Shown piece by piece: positions 39,469 through 53,244 of a stretch of DNA of 64,000 nucleotides. Below the pieces are notes generated by a model, which was given only the letters and a program-made list of their open reading frames with translations, did no database searches and was not told the DNA's origin. Position numbers and translations under genes: made by a program. The stretch spans positions 57,908,001 to 57,972,000 of the forward strand of contig NC_043007.1 of the NCBI RefSeq assembly GCF_006345805.1. Direction: 5' to 3'. The number at the start of each line of letters is the position of its first letter. The stretch's first letter is position 1. The stretch is from Octopus sinensis. Taxonomy: Eukaryota.

Positions 39469-39576
39469 ATATACATATGCATGCATGTATGTATGTTTGT
39501 ACGTATATACATATGCATGCATGTATGTATGTTTGTACGTATATACATATGCATGCATGTATGTATGTTTGTACGT
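39469..39576. repeat. 36-bp minisatellite x3
   Basis: atatacatatgcatgcatgtatgtatgtttgtacgt repeated at 39469, 39505 and 39541. Confidence 0.9.
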
Positions 39577-39683
39577 AATTGTATATGTGTGAGAAAGAGG
39601 GAGGGTGACAGTTAGACAGATACGCAGACAGGCAGACAGATAAATAGATAGATAGATAGACAGACAGATAGATAGATAGATAA

Positions 39684-39784
<101 letters not shown>

Positions 39785-40039
39785 CGTGTGTATAGTACAC
39801 ACAATAAACATGAATCAGACATGCAAACATATCCACCCGCATACGTAGGCTGTCTGACGAGACCGGCGACCAACGCATGTCCTTAGTCACATGTTGGTAA
39901 AGGATTTGGGCCACGATAGAAGAGGAGAGCACAATCAAAGAAGAATTGGAAGTGCCTTCTGGCCAGTGGTTTTTAACAACATCCGATTGTTTGGTTGAGA
40001 CAGTAATACAGTGATATACACTGTAAATTATTAACTAGC

Positions 40040-41435
40040 GTAACATTTTTTATTTGAAAACTACTAGTTGGAATTCAACGAAATTTCCACAGAATAATGG
40101 CACCAGTTGTATGCGGGTAATGTGTAAAGACTTGAGGTTTTGCGCAAGTGTAAATAGACCGTGGTTATTTGCATGATTTCCACAAAATTTCAGTGTTCCA
40201 AATTATTAACGAGTGGTCTGATATCGTGTAATTATGGGTCGTAAATGTGACTTAACTGCTATAGAGAAATCTGTTATTACTTCAGAACTTTCAAAAGGTA
40301 AATCAACATTAGAAACATCAAAACTATGAAAAATTTGTTACAGCTTCTACGAAGATGCGTAAGAGAGCCTACAAAGGTCTGTAGAGGGCTGTTTCTCAAC
40401 GTTCTCTGTCTTGAATTAAGCATGAAGCTGTATAGAACCAAAGTGTAGAGCTTTCAAGAGCATTGGCGAAAATAACTGTGTCCAGAACTATCTGATGTCG
40501 TCTTCTGAAAAAGGTCGGTAAACCAGTGACATCAGTTAAAAGGCCCCCTTCAAACAAAATACACATACATTCTGAAATGAGCAGTTTTGTTTACTGATGA
40601 CACTCGTACTACTCATGATGGACCTGATGGTTAGAGCAAGGGATGAGTTGTAAATAGATGTGATCGTCATCAACACTTGAAACGCCAACAAGGGGGAGAA
40701 GGCATCATGATTTGGGCTGGTATTATTGGAGGTATTATAGTTGGTCCTTGGAAAGTACTTGGCAGTATTAAAATGACTGAGGATACTTATATAGCCTTTC
40801 TGAGTGAGCACCTTGAATCTTGGTTTAGAAAGACACCATAATATTCATTCAAGATAATGAGCCCTCGCACTCAACGAAGAAAACTACAGAGTATCTGCAA
40901 CAATTAAGCTTCTATGGACCTCAGAAGATGAAGTGGCCTGCCTGTTTCACCGACTTAAACCCAACAGAAAACTTGTGTGGTATTCTAAAGCAACGTGTTG
41001 AAAAGAAAGGATGCCACTTTAGGAGCAATGATGGACTGTGGCAGGCAGTAGTGGATGTATCCCATGGTATAACATCAGAGGAGATCCAGAAACTAGCATG
41101 TTCCATGGACCAGTGCCTTTTCCTACTTATTTCAAACAAAGGCTCATACATCCCTTATTAACCAACTCACCTAACATTTTTGAACGCTGTTTATTTATTT
41201 ATTTCTATTCCATGTTTATGACTGCATATGTTTATTTCAGTATGTACATCAAACAATTAAACTAGTATTTACTTGCTTACATGGGTTTTAATTACACATC
41301 GCTTATAATTTGAAACAATGAAAGTTTGCGTAAATTTGGTAAATGGCCGTAGTTTCTGTGTTGTTCTACAAAACCTCAGGTCTTTTACACACCACGTGAC
41401 TATTGCCATCATTCTGTGAAACTGAATTCCAGCGA
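40040..41435 (+). mobile_element. Tc1-like (DD34E) transposon with long degenerate TIRs
   Basis: MGRKCDLT, VLFTD, QQGG.GIMIWAGI, IQDNEPSH, WPACFTDLNPTENL. About 170-200-bp inverted similarity between 40040-40210 and 41290-41435. Confidence 0.85.
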
Positions 41436-41716
41436 CTAGGTTTTAAATAAGATGAAAATGCTACATCATTAATAATTTAAAATGAAGTGTGTGAGTGCGC
41501 GTGCGCGTGTGTCTGCGTGCATGCGCGTGTGTGTGTGTGTGTATAAACACATGAATTGTTGGCGATTTTCTTCCTCCGTCTACCCTTCTATTGGACTTTC
41601 CTCTGTTTCTCGAAATGCTAAACCATCTTTCTTTCCTCTCCTGAGCGTCTGCTAATACATAGCATGTACCACGTCCTCGCGTTGTTGATTTTTATGTTTG
41701 TTCTTTTTGGATTTAC

Positions 41717-41788
<72 letters not shown>

Positions 41789-41860
41789 CATACATACAAC
41801 ATACATACTACATACATACATACATACATACATATACATACATACATACATACATACATG

Positions 41861-42127
41861 CAGGGCCGGCGCTAGGAAATGCGGGGTCCAAATAGAGAAT
41901 TATCGGTGGAGTCCTCTACGCAAAAGAAAAAATGAATATTATTGTTTATGTTTCGTGTAGTGCGCCACTCGCAGCCAAAAGGCATTGAGGACTTGAGACT
42001 CCAACATTAACCAAAATGATATACTAAAAATTCATCATAACGTCCTCTGTTTGAGTGTGTGTGCCAGGCCCTCTGTTGGTGCGGAGTCCCAATTTGAACA
42101 AATCTAATTGACTTAAAACCGACCCTG
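41861..42127. mobile_element. hAT-type MITE
   Basis: Termini cagggccggc / accgaccctg. The 8-bp flanks catacatg and tatatatg match at 6 of 8 positions. Confidence 0.55.
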
Positions 42128-42943
42128 TATATATGGATCTCTACATATATGATAATGCGTACGTGCGTGTGTGGGGAGGTGTGTGGGTGTGTGTGTGTGT
42201 CCGTGAATGTGAGTGTGTACGTCATTTTGATGATTACCAGAACGGCCTCGGGCGAGATAGATGACACTGTATAAACACGCGCATAACTGAATATAGATAC
42301 ATACTCGGGTACATTGTTAGTGAATTTGGTAGCATTTCTATAATCAAGAGATTTGTGTAGTTTAACACATATTGTTTATATATAGACTCATAAACTAGAC
42401 TTGTTGAATTAAATCATAAATGTAATACAAAAATATAAAAAGACGAGCCACTGAACGAAGGGTGAGCGTTCCTCTTCTCAAACGTTACTGAATCTGCTTA
42501 GATCATACACAGCATTATGTTTTTTACATAATTATTTTATGTTTTGGTTAGATACAGATAAATTTATTTCGCCCTAAATTAGGGGCTTGTCAATGTATCG
42601 CAACTGGAATAAAACTACATGGTCATTTAAAACATTTATAAACTATATAAACGATCGACTTTTTGTTTTCCCTTTCTTATCCCCTTTTTTTTGTCAATAG
42701 TGGAGAAAAGAGATGAGAGAAGGAGGGCATTAAAAGCCCTGAGTCACTTACAACTGAGATTACCATTAACATTAATATTATACAGAGTAACGATCGATAC
42801 TTTCTATTTCTTATACTTTCTTTTACAATGGAGGAGAGCATGATTGATAGAGAATCTCTTACGTGTTTAAGACTTCATTCTGGGAGTCTTTCAAGGGTTA
42901 TATTTTCTTTCTCCTATTTATAATTGATTTTTATTCTTCCAGT

Positions 42944-42975
<32 letters not shown>

Positions 42976-43162
42976 TTCGTTTTTGGATTTGGTATTTGTG
43001 TATGTATGAATGTATACATATATATATATGTGTGTGTATTAGCATTGTTCGGCTGTTAAGCGAAAGGTTGGTGGTTTATGCCCACCCACGGACGATTTGC
43101 TCCATTTTAACGGCGCTGCCCCAACAGGGCAGCTCAAACTAGTAGAGAAAGAAAGAAACTAT

Positions 43163-43169
43163 ATACATT

Positions 43170-43227
<58 letters not shown>

Positions 43228-43252
43228 GTCTGTCTGTCTGTCTTTCTGTCTG

Positions 43253-43304
<52 letters not shown>

Positions 43305-43305
43305 C

Positions 43306-43392
<87 letters not shown>

Positions 43393-43417
43393 ATATCTAT
43401 CTATCTATCTATCTATC

Positions 43418-43485
<68 letters not shown>

Positions 43486-43490
43486 CAGAG
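43163..43490. repeat. (TATC)n switching to (GATA)n at a TCTAGA centre (about 43418)
   Basis: ...ctatctatctag atagatagatag... forms a microsatellite palindrome. Confidence 0.9.
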
Positions 43491-44249
43491 AGAGACAGAC
43501 AGACAAATATAAAGGGATACATACACGTTGTCAGGAAGCTCGGCATGGCAAACTGAATGCTAGCTATACGGCCTCCATAACCTCCATAACGTAGTCCAAC
43601 GATAAAGTTAAAGAGAGAAGGGTAAAAAGAAAAATACACACTCGTATCAACCAAGCTATGGCTTGGCTACATCTATACATCCGCTCTTTAGATTGTTCTA
43701 CATTCTGAACTAACACATGAATATATATACGCATTCATATACATAAACACACGCACATCTAAGCTTACACATATACGCTCGCACACATATCTATGTATAT
43801 GCATGTGTATATATAAATGCGTGTATGTATGCATGTATGTATGTATTTACATAAATATGTATGTGTCTATGTATATATATATATGTATTTACATACATCT
43901 GTGTGCGCGTGCGGATGTGTGAGTGTGTCTGTGTGTCTGTGTGTCTCTGTGCATTCGTATATATCCAAACATATATATACAAATTATATGTATACGTACG
44001 CACGCACACACAGAACAAAATACATACATGTGCGCGTGAATGAGTGTGTATGCGTGTGTGAGTGTGTGTGTGTGTGAATATATTTATTAATGAATCAGAA
44101 GACCAGCCGCGTATAACTGCCGCTGTATGCAAACAGCCAAGTATGGCTTTAAGAGTTATCTGCCCTCCAGCTATGAACGTTGCCCTTGTCTCTGCATTTA
44201 GAAGAAAATAGAACGAATCTTGTCTCAATGGCTAGAACCATTCATATAT

Positions 44250-44412
44250 GATGGTGATGATGACGATGGTGATGGTGATAGTGATCGTGGTAGTGATTTT
44301 CCGTGTCCTCGTTGTCGTCGCGGTAGTAGTGTCAGTGATGGTGGATTCGGTGCTTGTCATTGTCTTTCCGGTGGCGGTGATGATGATGCTGATGACAACG
44401 ACTATGATGGTA

Positions 44413-44454
<42 letters not shown>

Positions 44455-44529
44455 GTGGTGGTGATGGTGGTGGTGGTGGTGGTGGTGGTGGCGGTGATGA
44501 TGATGCTGATGACAACGACTATGATGGTA

Positions 44530-44574
<45 letters not shown>

Positions 44575-44625
44575 GTGGTGGTGATGGTGGTGGTGGTGGT
44601 GGTGATGATTTCGATAACGATGATG
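44250..44625. repeat. (GAT)n/(GGT)n compound repeat with an internal duplication of about 117 bp
   Basis: gtggcggtgatgatgatgctgatgacaacgactatgatggtaat at 44371 and 44488. Confidence 0.9.
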
Positions 44626-44989
44626 TTTGATGGTGAAAAAAATAGATTATAAACTTGTAAAAGATACAGGAAAATTATGTATGCATTGGAAGTCGATTGG
44701 AAAACATTTCTGCAAAATTGACTTAAAATTCCCTTTATGCAAGACATTGAGATGAAACTTTAAAAATTCGTGTAAACAATGCGAGCTATATGCGTTAAAT
44801 TTGTCCCAGGGAAGAGAGCCAATACATACAAAAAACATCATTCACCGAGACAGAAAAGTCCTTATGAGTCGGGATATAAAGATTTCTAATCACTTAAATA
44901 AATAACTTAATGACAGCTTAGAGACTGAAAATGAACACAGACTTTCCCAAGAAAAAGAAATGGAGGAAGACAAACCAGAGCAATGGAAA

Positions 44990-46530
44990 TTATAACAATA
45001 AATTCCAAAGCCTTATACAAGTTCGCAAAAGAATATGCCTCGGTGCACTGCAAGATAGGGCCAGTTTGAAGAAAGCGGCAGACCCCAGAAGGATATGCGT
45101 TGTGCTAAATAAACAATTCCTAAGCGCCTTCACCTCTCCACAAGAAAATATTCAAATAAACAAGCCCGATGGGTTCTTCAATACCGCAGATCTACATAGG
45201 AAGGAGGCAACCATTGGTTACATCGACCATTGGTTACATTGGTTACACCGACATAAAGAAGAATCATGTAATATCGATATCAGCAACTGGCCCAGATGGA
45301 TTTCCGGCTGTTCTCTTAAAAACAAGCAAGAGAGCTTTCGCAAAACCACTGCAGATACTTTTTCAGAGTTTGTTTTATAAGTGGTAAACTATCCAAAATG
45401 TTAAAAGAAGGTATAATTTTCCCTGTCCATAAAGGAAAAAGCAAAGCAGCTGCTAAAAATTACAGGACTTTCACAAAGTTGATCATGGGATGATATCTCA
45501 CAATACGCGTGACCTTTGCACCACTGTAAAATTAGGAGAGTAACTTCGTGATTTTTAAAAGGCAGACATCAGACAGTTGCAACCAATGATGCTTTCTATG
45601 GGGAGATATCAATTCTCAGCGGAGTCCCTCATGGAAGTGTACTATGACCACCAATGTTTATGGTGGTTCTCAGACATGCCTTCAGTCGTACAGTCACTCA
45701 CTCTCACCGTACAAAAGTATCACAATGAGTCAAGGACCCCGATGACATTCTAAAACTCCAGGAAGACTTGAATGCAATATACAAGTGGGCTGATGAAAAT
45801 AACATGCCGTTCAATGCTGAAATGTTTCAAACACTCCACTGTGGACCCACAAATAGATTACAATCGGAATACACAGGGTTGCGTGATCTGGGAAGGAATA
45901 ATGATGTGACATTTCATGTGCATATTTCCAAGATGGGCACACTATGAAGGCGAGTAACTGAATGAATTCTGAGATCATTTACAACCAGAAAAAGGACACC
46001 AAGTTATTTCAACGGAGGACTTTAGTCCTCAATCGTCAGGATTACTGCTCCTACAAGTGGTCACCGCTTTCAATCTGGTGGCAAAATTCGATGCAGTCCA
46101 ACACCACCCCACTAAGACGATTGAGCTGGTGCAACAGAAGAACTACTGTGAGAAGCTAAAGGAAATGAAGCTCTATTCCTAGAGAGAAAACATGGAAGAT
46201 ATGCAGTTATATATAAATAGGATCTTCTGAAATGACTACCTCTCAACTTTGGAAATGAAAGCCATATCAACCATCGAACTGGACGGCACTGCATACAACC
46301 AAAGCTACCGGCTTCTCCATCTAGAATAACGACTCAGTACTGTACTATCTTGAGTTCCAAAGGCCTACAATTATTCAACATTCTGCGAAACAGCCTCAGA
46401 GATTTGTGAAATGTAGAGGTGGAAGTTTTCAAAGAACTTCTGGATAAATTTTTACCTGAGATATCAGATGAACCCATATCGCAACTGGTGACTCAATGAA
46501 GAGCAGTTCCGTCCCACTCGTTAATTCACA
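44990..46530 (+). mobile_element. CR1/L2-group LINE ORF2 fragment (RT + C-terminus), heavily degenerate
   Basis: SATGPDGFPAVLLK, PVHKGKS..AKNYR, SGVPHGSVL, LQEDLN.IYKWA.EN.M.FN, FKGLQLFN. Homologous to 640-1521. Confidence 0.8.
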
Positions 46531-46770
46531 AAAAGCAATACAGGAAAGAAACCCAATTACACTGACAACCAATAAAGCAACAATAAAACATACATAAACA
46601 CATTAAGATACATACAGACATACACACACACATACATACATACATACATACATACATACATACATACATACATACATACATAAATATATACATACATACA
46701 TACATACATACATACATACATACATACATACATACATACATACACATAGGTGTGGGTGTGGTTGTGTGGT

Positions 46771-46919
46771 GGCACAGACGTGGCTGTGTGGCAAGAAGCT
46801 TGCTTCCACACCTCATGGTTCCGAATTCATTCTCACAGTGTGGCATCCTCGGCATGTGTCTTCCTCTATAGTCTCGGCCGACCAAATCAGTATTTGTTTG
46901 AGTGTGTGTCTTTGTGGCT

Positions 46920-46962
<43 letters not shown>

Positions 46963-47225
46963 TGTGTGTGTGTGTGTGTGTCTTTGTGGCTCTGTGTATC
47001 TTTGTGACTGTGTTCGTCAATCGCCTCCGCTTGATAACTAGCGTTGGTGAGTTTACGTCTCCTTATTCTAGCGGTTCGATAAAACATACCGATAGAATAA
47101 GTACTAGCTTTTTAAAAAATACGTACTGAAATCGAATTTTTTTTTTTTTTGTTTAAAATTCTTTAAAGCAATACCTCAACTTGACCGCAGTCCAATGACT
47201 GAAACAAATGAAAGATAAAGATAAT
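46771..47225 (+). mobile_element. SINE family A
   Basis: Head, GT tract and tail (ccaatgactgaaacaa). Confidence 0.8.
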
Positions 47226-47339
47226 ATACATGGTATTCGGGCTAAAAAGAACAACATAAAAGAGAAGTACCCCATCCAAAAATAAATGTATTTTAAAAAA
47301 TCAAAAAAATATCAGCTAGATTACGGCTGGGAGATAACA

Positions 47340-47935
47340 GTTTACTCAAAGTAGCCACGCTCAGTTTCCGCCATGGCCTCAAGACTGCTCCGAAAACTGG
47401 CGCATGCGTCCATCATTATGTCCTCTGGAAGATCTTCCAAAACTTTCTTGATCTTGGCGACCAGCTCAGCCTTGGTGTTGCAGGCAGAGTAGTTGGTGTC
47501 TTTCATAACCACAACCCACACATAGTAATCCATTAGGAGCCTAGAAATTGGGGCTGGTGAAGTCGTAGAATTTCTTCGACAATCTCTCCTGACTTTTTTC
47601 GGAAGTATGGCAACGAGCCGAATTTTACTGTCGCATACATGCCTTCCAGCAGCGATTCTCTCCAGCCAGGTTTCGACCACAGTCAATTGAGCTTGAGGCC
47701 CTGTTCAGGGATGTAGGTGGTTTGACGTTACCCTCACTGGAGACACACCCAAAGACTTCAACAGTTTGGGGGAACTTGGTTTTCATGATGTCCATGTCAC
47801 GTCCTACAGCCTTTACAGTGAGCACACAGAATTGAGCAGCAGCCATAATATCGGCATTGTGATACCTGGCACGTATCGTAAAGATACATATAACGCTTTT
47901 GGAATATTCAGAAGGTTTCCATTTCAACTACAACT
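47340..47935 (-). mobile_element. Tc1/mariner transposase fragment, maT (DD37D)-like
   Basis: MKTKFPQTVEVFGCVSSEG.VKPP, MDYYVW, NTKAELVAKIK, ACASFRS.LEAM.E...GYFE. Confidence 0.7.
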
Positions 47936-48100
47936 TTAATGTTTATGCTTTCCAACGTTGTTGATGATTGTTCACTACTACATCAAGTTGTTTCTGAAAA
48001 GAGCGAGAGAAAAATCATCAAATTTAGCCCGGCACTCCTGTCTGTGTGTGTATGTGTATGTGTGTGTGTATGCTTGCTTGTTTGTTTGTGGGTATGTGTG

Positions 48101-48157
<57 letters not shown>

Positions 48158-48357
48158 ACAGAGAGAGAGTGACAGACAGACAGACAGACTGATGGGCAAA
48201 CGGACGGACGGACAGAGAGAAAGAGATTGAGAGAGATGATTCTTATATAAAGAAGACAAACAACAGCATTTTAGTGAAGGTCACTTCTAGCCTGGCCAGC
48301 ATCCAAAGTTCTCATGAGTACCTTTGAGTGCTTTAAGTTTTAATATTAATGTTGGAC

Positions 48358-48430
48358 TATGGCGGGGAGCTAGTAGAATCGTTAGCTGCGCAGCATTTCG
48401 TCCGTCATTACATACGGAGTTCAGGCCAGC
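48358..48430 (+). mobile_element. SINE family B head fragment
   Basis: ggcggggagctagtagaatcgttagc...catttcgtccgtc.ttaca..cggagttca. Confidence 0.65.
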
Positions 48431-48525
48431 AGTGTTTGGGGTCTGAAGATACCCCGTAAGGCTAAACCCCTTATGAGCGAGAATCCCAGGGTAACCCCAT
48501 AAACAGGTCTGCCCCACTATACATG

Positions 48526-48576
<51 letters not shown>

Positions 48577-48632
48577 ATATATATATATATATAAAACGAA
48601 GTAATGACGCAAAAGCAGTGTTTACGTATAAT

Positions 48633-49035
48633 CACAATTTAGGTTAGTTGAAATATATTTATCACATATTTCAACTGCTAAACGCAAATACACTGCAGTT
48701 ACCGAGGAGAAAAAAATTCTCTTATGGTAAAAAGGTGTGAAAATACCCAGTTAGTTCAGTGTCGCCATCTCTCGGGAATCTCAGACATTGATGTTTCGAG
48801 TTTATTGACTCTTGACGATGAAATGAATTGCCTCTCTTAGGTACATCTCATCGACAAGAGTCAATAAACTCAAAACATCGATTTTTGAGATTCCCGAAAG
48901 ATGGCGACACTGAACGAACTGGATGTTTTCACACCTTTTTATCATAAGAGAGATTTTTTTCCACCGTAACTGTAGTGTATTTGCCTTTAGCAGTTGAAAT
49001 ATGTGACAAACATATTTCAATTCACCTAAATTGTG
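48633..49035. mobile_element. Long fold-back, about 190-bp imperfect arms and 26-bp spacer
   Basis: 48633-48821 versus 48848-49035 inverted. Confidence 0.8.
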
Positions 49036-49089
49036 AATATATATACATGAATATCGAACAATGAACTATGAATGATCAACACCGCATTG

Positions 49090-51815
49090 CTGAATATAAT
49101 TTCCTTATTTGTGAATTAAGACTACCATTAAGAAAAGTAAAAAAAAAATATCCCAGTGTCTTAATTTTTCAAGCCGATCTCATGAAGAAAAGTCCTGGCC
49201 TCCATTTTGGAAAACATTTGCATGTAGATCGCGAAGTTTCTCGTGAATTCACGTGATTAAAACAATGAATCACTGAATCAAGGAACGTTACGCTTAGGTG
49301 GCATCTTTTGGATGTTTGTCTCCCTTGGCTTTGTCTTTGTGGGCAGAATTTATGTGTGGGTGTTCTTATACTTGTGTGCTGAGGTAGTTCGTTATTGGGC
49401 ATATTTTTTCTTTGTGTAAAGTTTGTGTGCTATGTGTCTTCACGTTTATGAAAGGGGTATCCTGGCGGGGTTACCGTCGCAGATAGGGACTATTCTTTGA
49501 AGTGTTTCAGTGTAAAATGTTGCTTGTGTATGCAAGGAGAGAAGGTTTCCTTCCTAATGTTTAGTATGTTATCTGTTGATAGTATAATGTTTAATTTTTC
49601 AGTAATACAGAGTTAACATTTGGTACCCCGTCCTCTGCATCTTTTAACTTTAGCAATAATTTTCCATTCTATCTGGAGGTTGCTTATTCTACCTTCTTTC
49701 AATGTCCATAACATATTTGACTGGGATGCTGCATGTTTTTTTTTTTTGTTTTTGTCTCTGAATGACGAAAGATGTTGCGTATACCATTCCTTGAACGAGC
49801 TGCCTGTCATTCCGATATACATCTTTGCTATTCCGTAGGGGTCTGTGATGTTGGCCTTGTATACGAGTCCTTCCTTGAGACAGTTGTTATTTAAACGGCA
49901 GTGGTTTGGGGATCTACAATTACAGTGTCTTTCCGAGATTTTCTGGTGTGTTTATGTTTATTGTGATTGAATTTTAGTGACCATATATTGAGGAGGCAAG
50001 TATAGCTAATTTTAACAGTATTTCTGTTGGAAATCTTGTGGTATATGTGTAAATGTGGAAAGTTATTGTCTATTAGATTTAGAAATTTCTTAGCTTTGTT
50101 AGTAGCCACATTAATACTATAAGGTGGGTTGAACCATAACATTTTCCTCTGCCTTCGTTTTCTTGGTCTATTTACATTTGATTCAATGCAGTATATGCTA
50201 TTCTTGAAGCTGGGCCTTTCTAATACAGCATTATATTATAGGACGGCTTTTTCAAAAGTGTCCTTGTCGATGGATAAATTGGAGACGCGCCTGCTAATGT
50301 TGTTAACCATTTGTTTAATTACTGCTGGTGGGTGGCTGGAACTTATGTCTATGTACTAGTATTCGTCGTTTTGTTTGTGGTAGGATTTAAATTTTCCCGT
50401 GTTAAGATTCATGTCAATGTCTATGAAATTGACTTCTTTAAGGTTTGTACTAACTGTGGCTCTTAGGCTTAATTGATTAAATATCTTGCGTAATTTTTTC
50501 TTATTCTATCCAAATATTTTCTGTTTTTATTGTGTACTATTTCCAGGATATCGTCCTTATATAAACCTATGTTAGCTTCTTTTAATTCTTTTTTAGGGGT
50601 ATCTAGGATATAAAGACTAGAAGGTCAGTTATCTCTGCACCATCATAGCTTCACATTGCCACGTTAAATAACTCGTCTCCAATAGGAATTGTCATGAAAG
50701 CGTAATAATCTCTTTGCGTTCATAATTATTTCTATATCTTTATAGTGACATATGTTTTACTAAATTCAAGTGCCTTCTGAAGCAAGATCTTGGAGATCGA
50801 GGAGTAGAACTCTACGATATCGAATTGTATAAATTTGCATTTGGGTTTATCCTCTATTTTCTAAAACCATTCAATAGTTGCACTACTGCATATCTATTGA
50901 GTAAGATTTGAGGGTGCTCTGATATTTCGTATAGTATTATCCAGTACGGATTTATTAATAATTCCTATTTCACTGTTTGTGGGATTTATTAATGTAGTTA
51001 GGATTTTGCGTGAAATTATTTTTACGGTCCTTCAGCGTTATAAAAGGATTTCGAAGGATAAGCTTTTCTACTCTTTCTTTTATTTTAAACTTTGTGGCTA
51101 GATTATTTTCTTCTGCATTAATTGAATTATAAGTAGTGGGGTTTGTTTTCTTGTATGTTTTAGTTATGTTGTCGGTTAGTAATTTGTTGTGCGTTTGGTG
51201 GTTTACTTCATAAATATTCTTTGCTTTATCTGCTTTAATAAACATGTTAGTTAGTGTTTTGAGAGGTTCGATGTATGTCTGTAATGTGTGTTGGAACTAG
51301 TTAGATTTTTGGTTGAATTTCACATTTCTAGCTAACTTTATAAGATTGTCTTCAAATCTTTCTAGGTCTTTTATGTGATGGGTTTTATAAGATATGAAAC
51401 TGTAATTGTCCTCTGCATGAGGGATGCACGTACCTTTATCGAAAATATAGGCCTTCCATTTCGTTCTCCTCACAACAATTACTGCTTTGTCGATAAGATG
51501 CTTGATGTATACTTTCCTTGGTGGAATAAGAATATTTTTCAGTGATATTATTTCGTGTTTTTCCATGGTTTGTTTCGATTCTTTGTTCGTTTTCTATGCT
51601 TAACCAGTGTTTGTTGACATCGGAAGCTTTGATACGTGGATGTCGAACAATGCAAATGAGTCCTCGACATTGCATTGGTGGATATAATTTCTTTATTTGT
51701 GAATAAAGGCTACCATTGGTTTCATGTTAAGAAAAGTAAGAAAATATCCCAGTGTCTTCACAATCTTTCGAACCGATCAAATTGAGAAAGGTGTTCGCCT
51801 CCATTTTGAAAAACA
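49090..51815 (-). mobile_element. Penelope-like element (RT + GIY-YIG endonuclease), degenerate, with diverged terminal direct repeats
   Basis: KFIQFDIVEFY, M*SYDGAE, GLYKDD, LWFNPPYS, NRNTVKISY, LVYKA..MYIGMT..FKE. Direct repeats at about 49090-49220 and 51680-51815. Confidence 0.85.
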
Positions 51816-51829
51816 GCCTCGTGTAATAC

Positions 51830-51954
<125 letters not shown>

Positions 51955-52363
51955 TACAGAGAGAAGACAGACAGACCGACAGAGAGAGAAAGAGAGAGAC
52001 AGATAGACAGACAGAGAGACAGAGGAAATTTCAATATAAATAAGTTAAGAATGTAATATACGTTTATAATGTGTAAATAAAGTTAAGAAAATTTGAATAT
52101 ATACAAGTACACATGCATATATACACACATACATTCATCCGGACGTCCATATATATATACACACACAGTCACTTGTATATACTTACACACATATATACAT
52201 GCACACGCACGCACATACCTACGCATATATGCATATATGTATATATACACATATGCACATATATGTATATGCGCGAATAGATTGATGCGTATGCACACTG
52301 ACATATCACTATATATATATATGTGTATATATATATTTGTATATATATATATGTATATATAGA

Positions 52364-52425
<62 letters not shown>

Positions 52426-52492
52426 GTGTATGTTCAAATGTGCGTGTATTTTGTTTCATATTTATATTTATATTTTTATGATTGCACTTTAT

Positions 52493-52620
52493 AATCTCTG
52501 ACGAGGCCTAGATATATATATAAGTACCTCATTTTCAACTGCCTATCACCTCAATACACTTGACTAATATAGGCAGAATGAGATGCTTTTATCTAAAGGC
52601 TGAAACAGCTGTAAGTGATT
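52493..52620 (+). ncRNA. Hammerhead ribozyme motif, core intact, long stem II insertion, bulged stem I
   Basis: aatct-CTGACGA-ggcct...aggct-GAAACAGCTGTA-agtgatt. Confidence 0.6.
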
Positions 52621-52840
52621 TTAATAATTTATATTCATGTTTTTTAATAGCTGCTTGTATTCTTACCTTATATGCATAGAATAATATACTATATGTACGT
52701 ATGTTATTATGGTTGTCGTTTTCATAAATAAATAAGTCAACATTTTAACGTCCTAAAGTTGATGAACCACTAATGTGCTTCTCCATTTTCTTATTTGCAA
52801 CACACCACACACGCACATATATATATATTATATATATATA

Positions 52841-52880
<40 letters not shown>

Positions 52881-53152
52881 ACACATAGTTACATTTTCTA
52901 CCCCCATCACCCCTTAAAAGAAGAAGTTAATATAGATCCATGTTGATCAATTAATTCCGATTGGTTAATGGAATTTTGACTGATTATGTTTAATCTATTG
53001 TGTTTCGTGGTTGCATATTTGTATTAAGGGTTCTGTAAATTTGTGTGTTTGAATTTGCGTATGAAAATAATAAACGTTTATGCATATACTCATACATGCG
53101 TACAAGCGTACGTAAATTTAATCATATATAAATACATATATATATATATCTT

Positions 53153-53244
<92 letters not shown>

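Noticed and set aside
44101-44215. Second exon joining the 55.4-kb candidate
   Set aside because: The acceptor is good, but phase 0 gives a stop after six codons and no convincing donor follows.
44220-44652. Asp/Gly-rich 136-aa ORF as a biomineral-type protein
   Set aside because: It consists of GAT/GGT repeats that are open in several frames, and I found no supporting exon structure.
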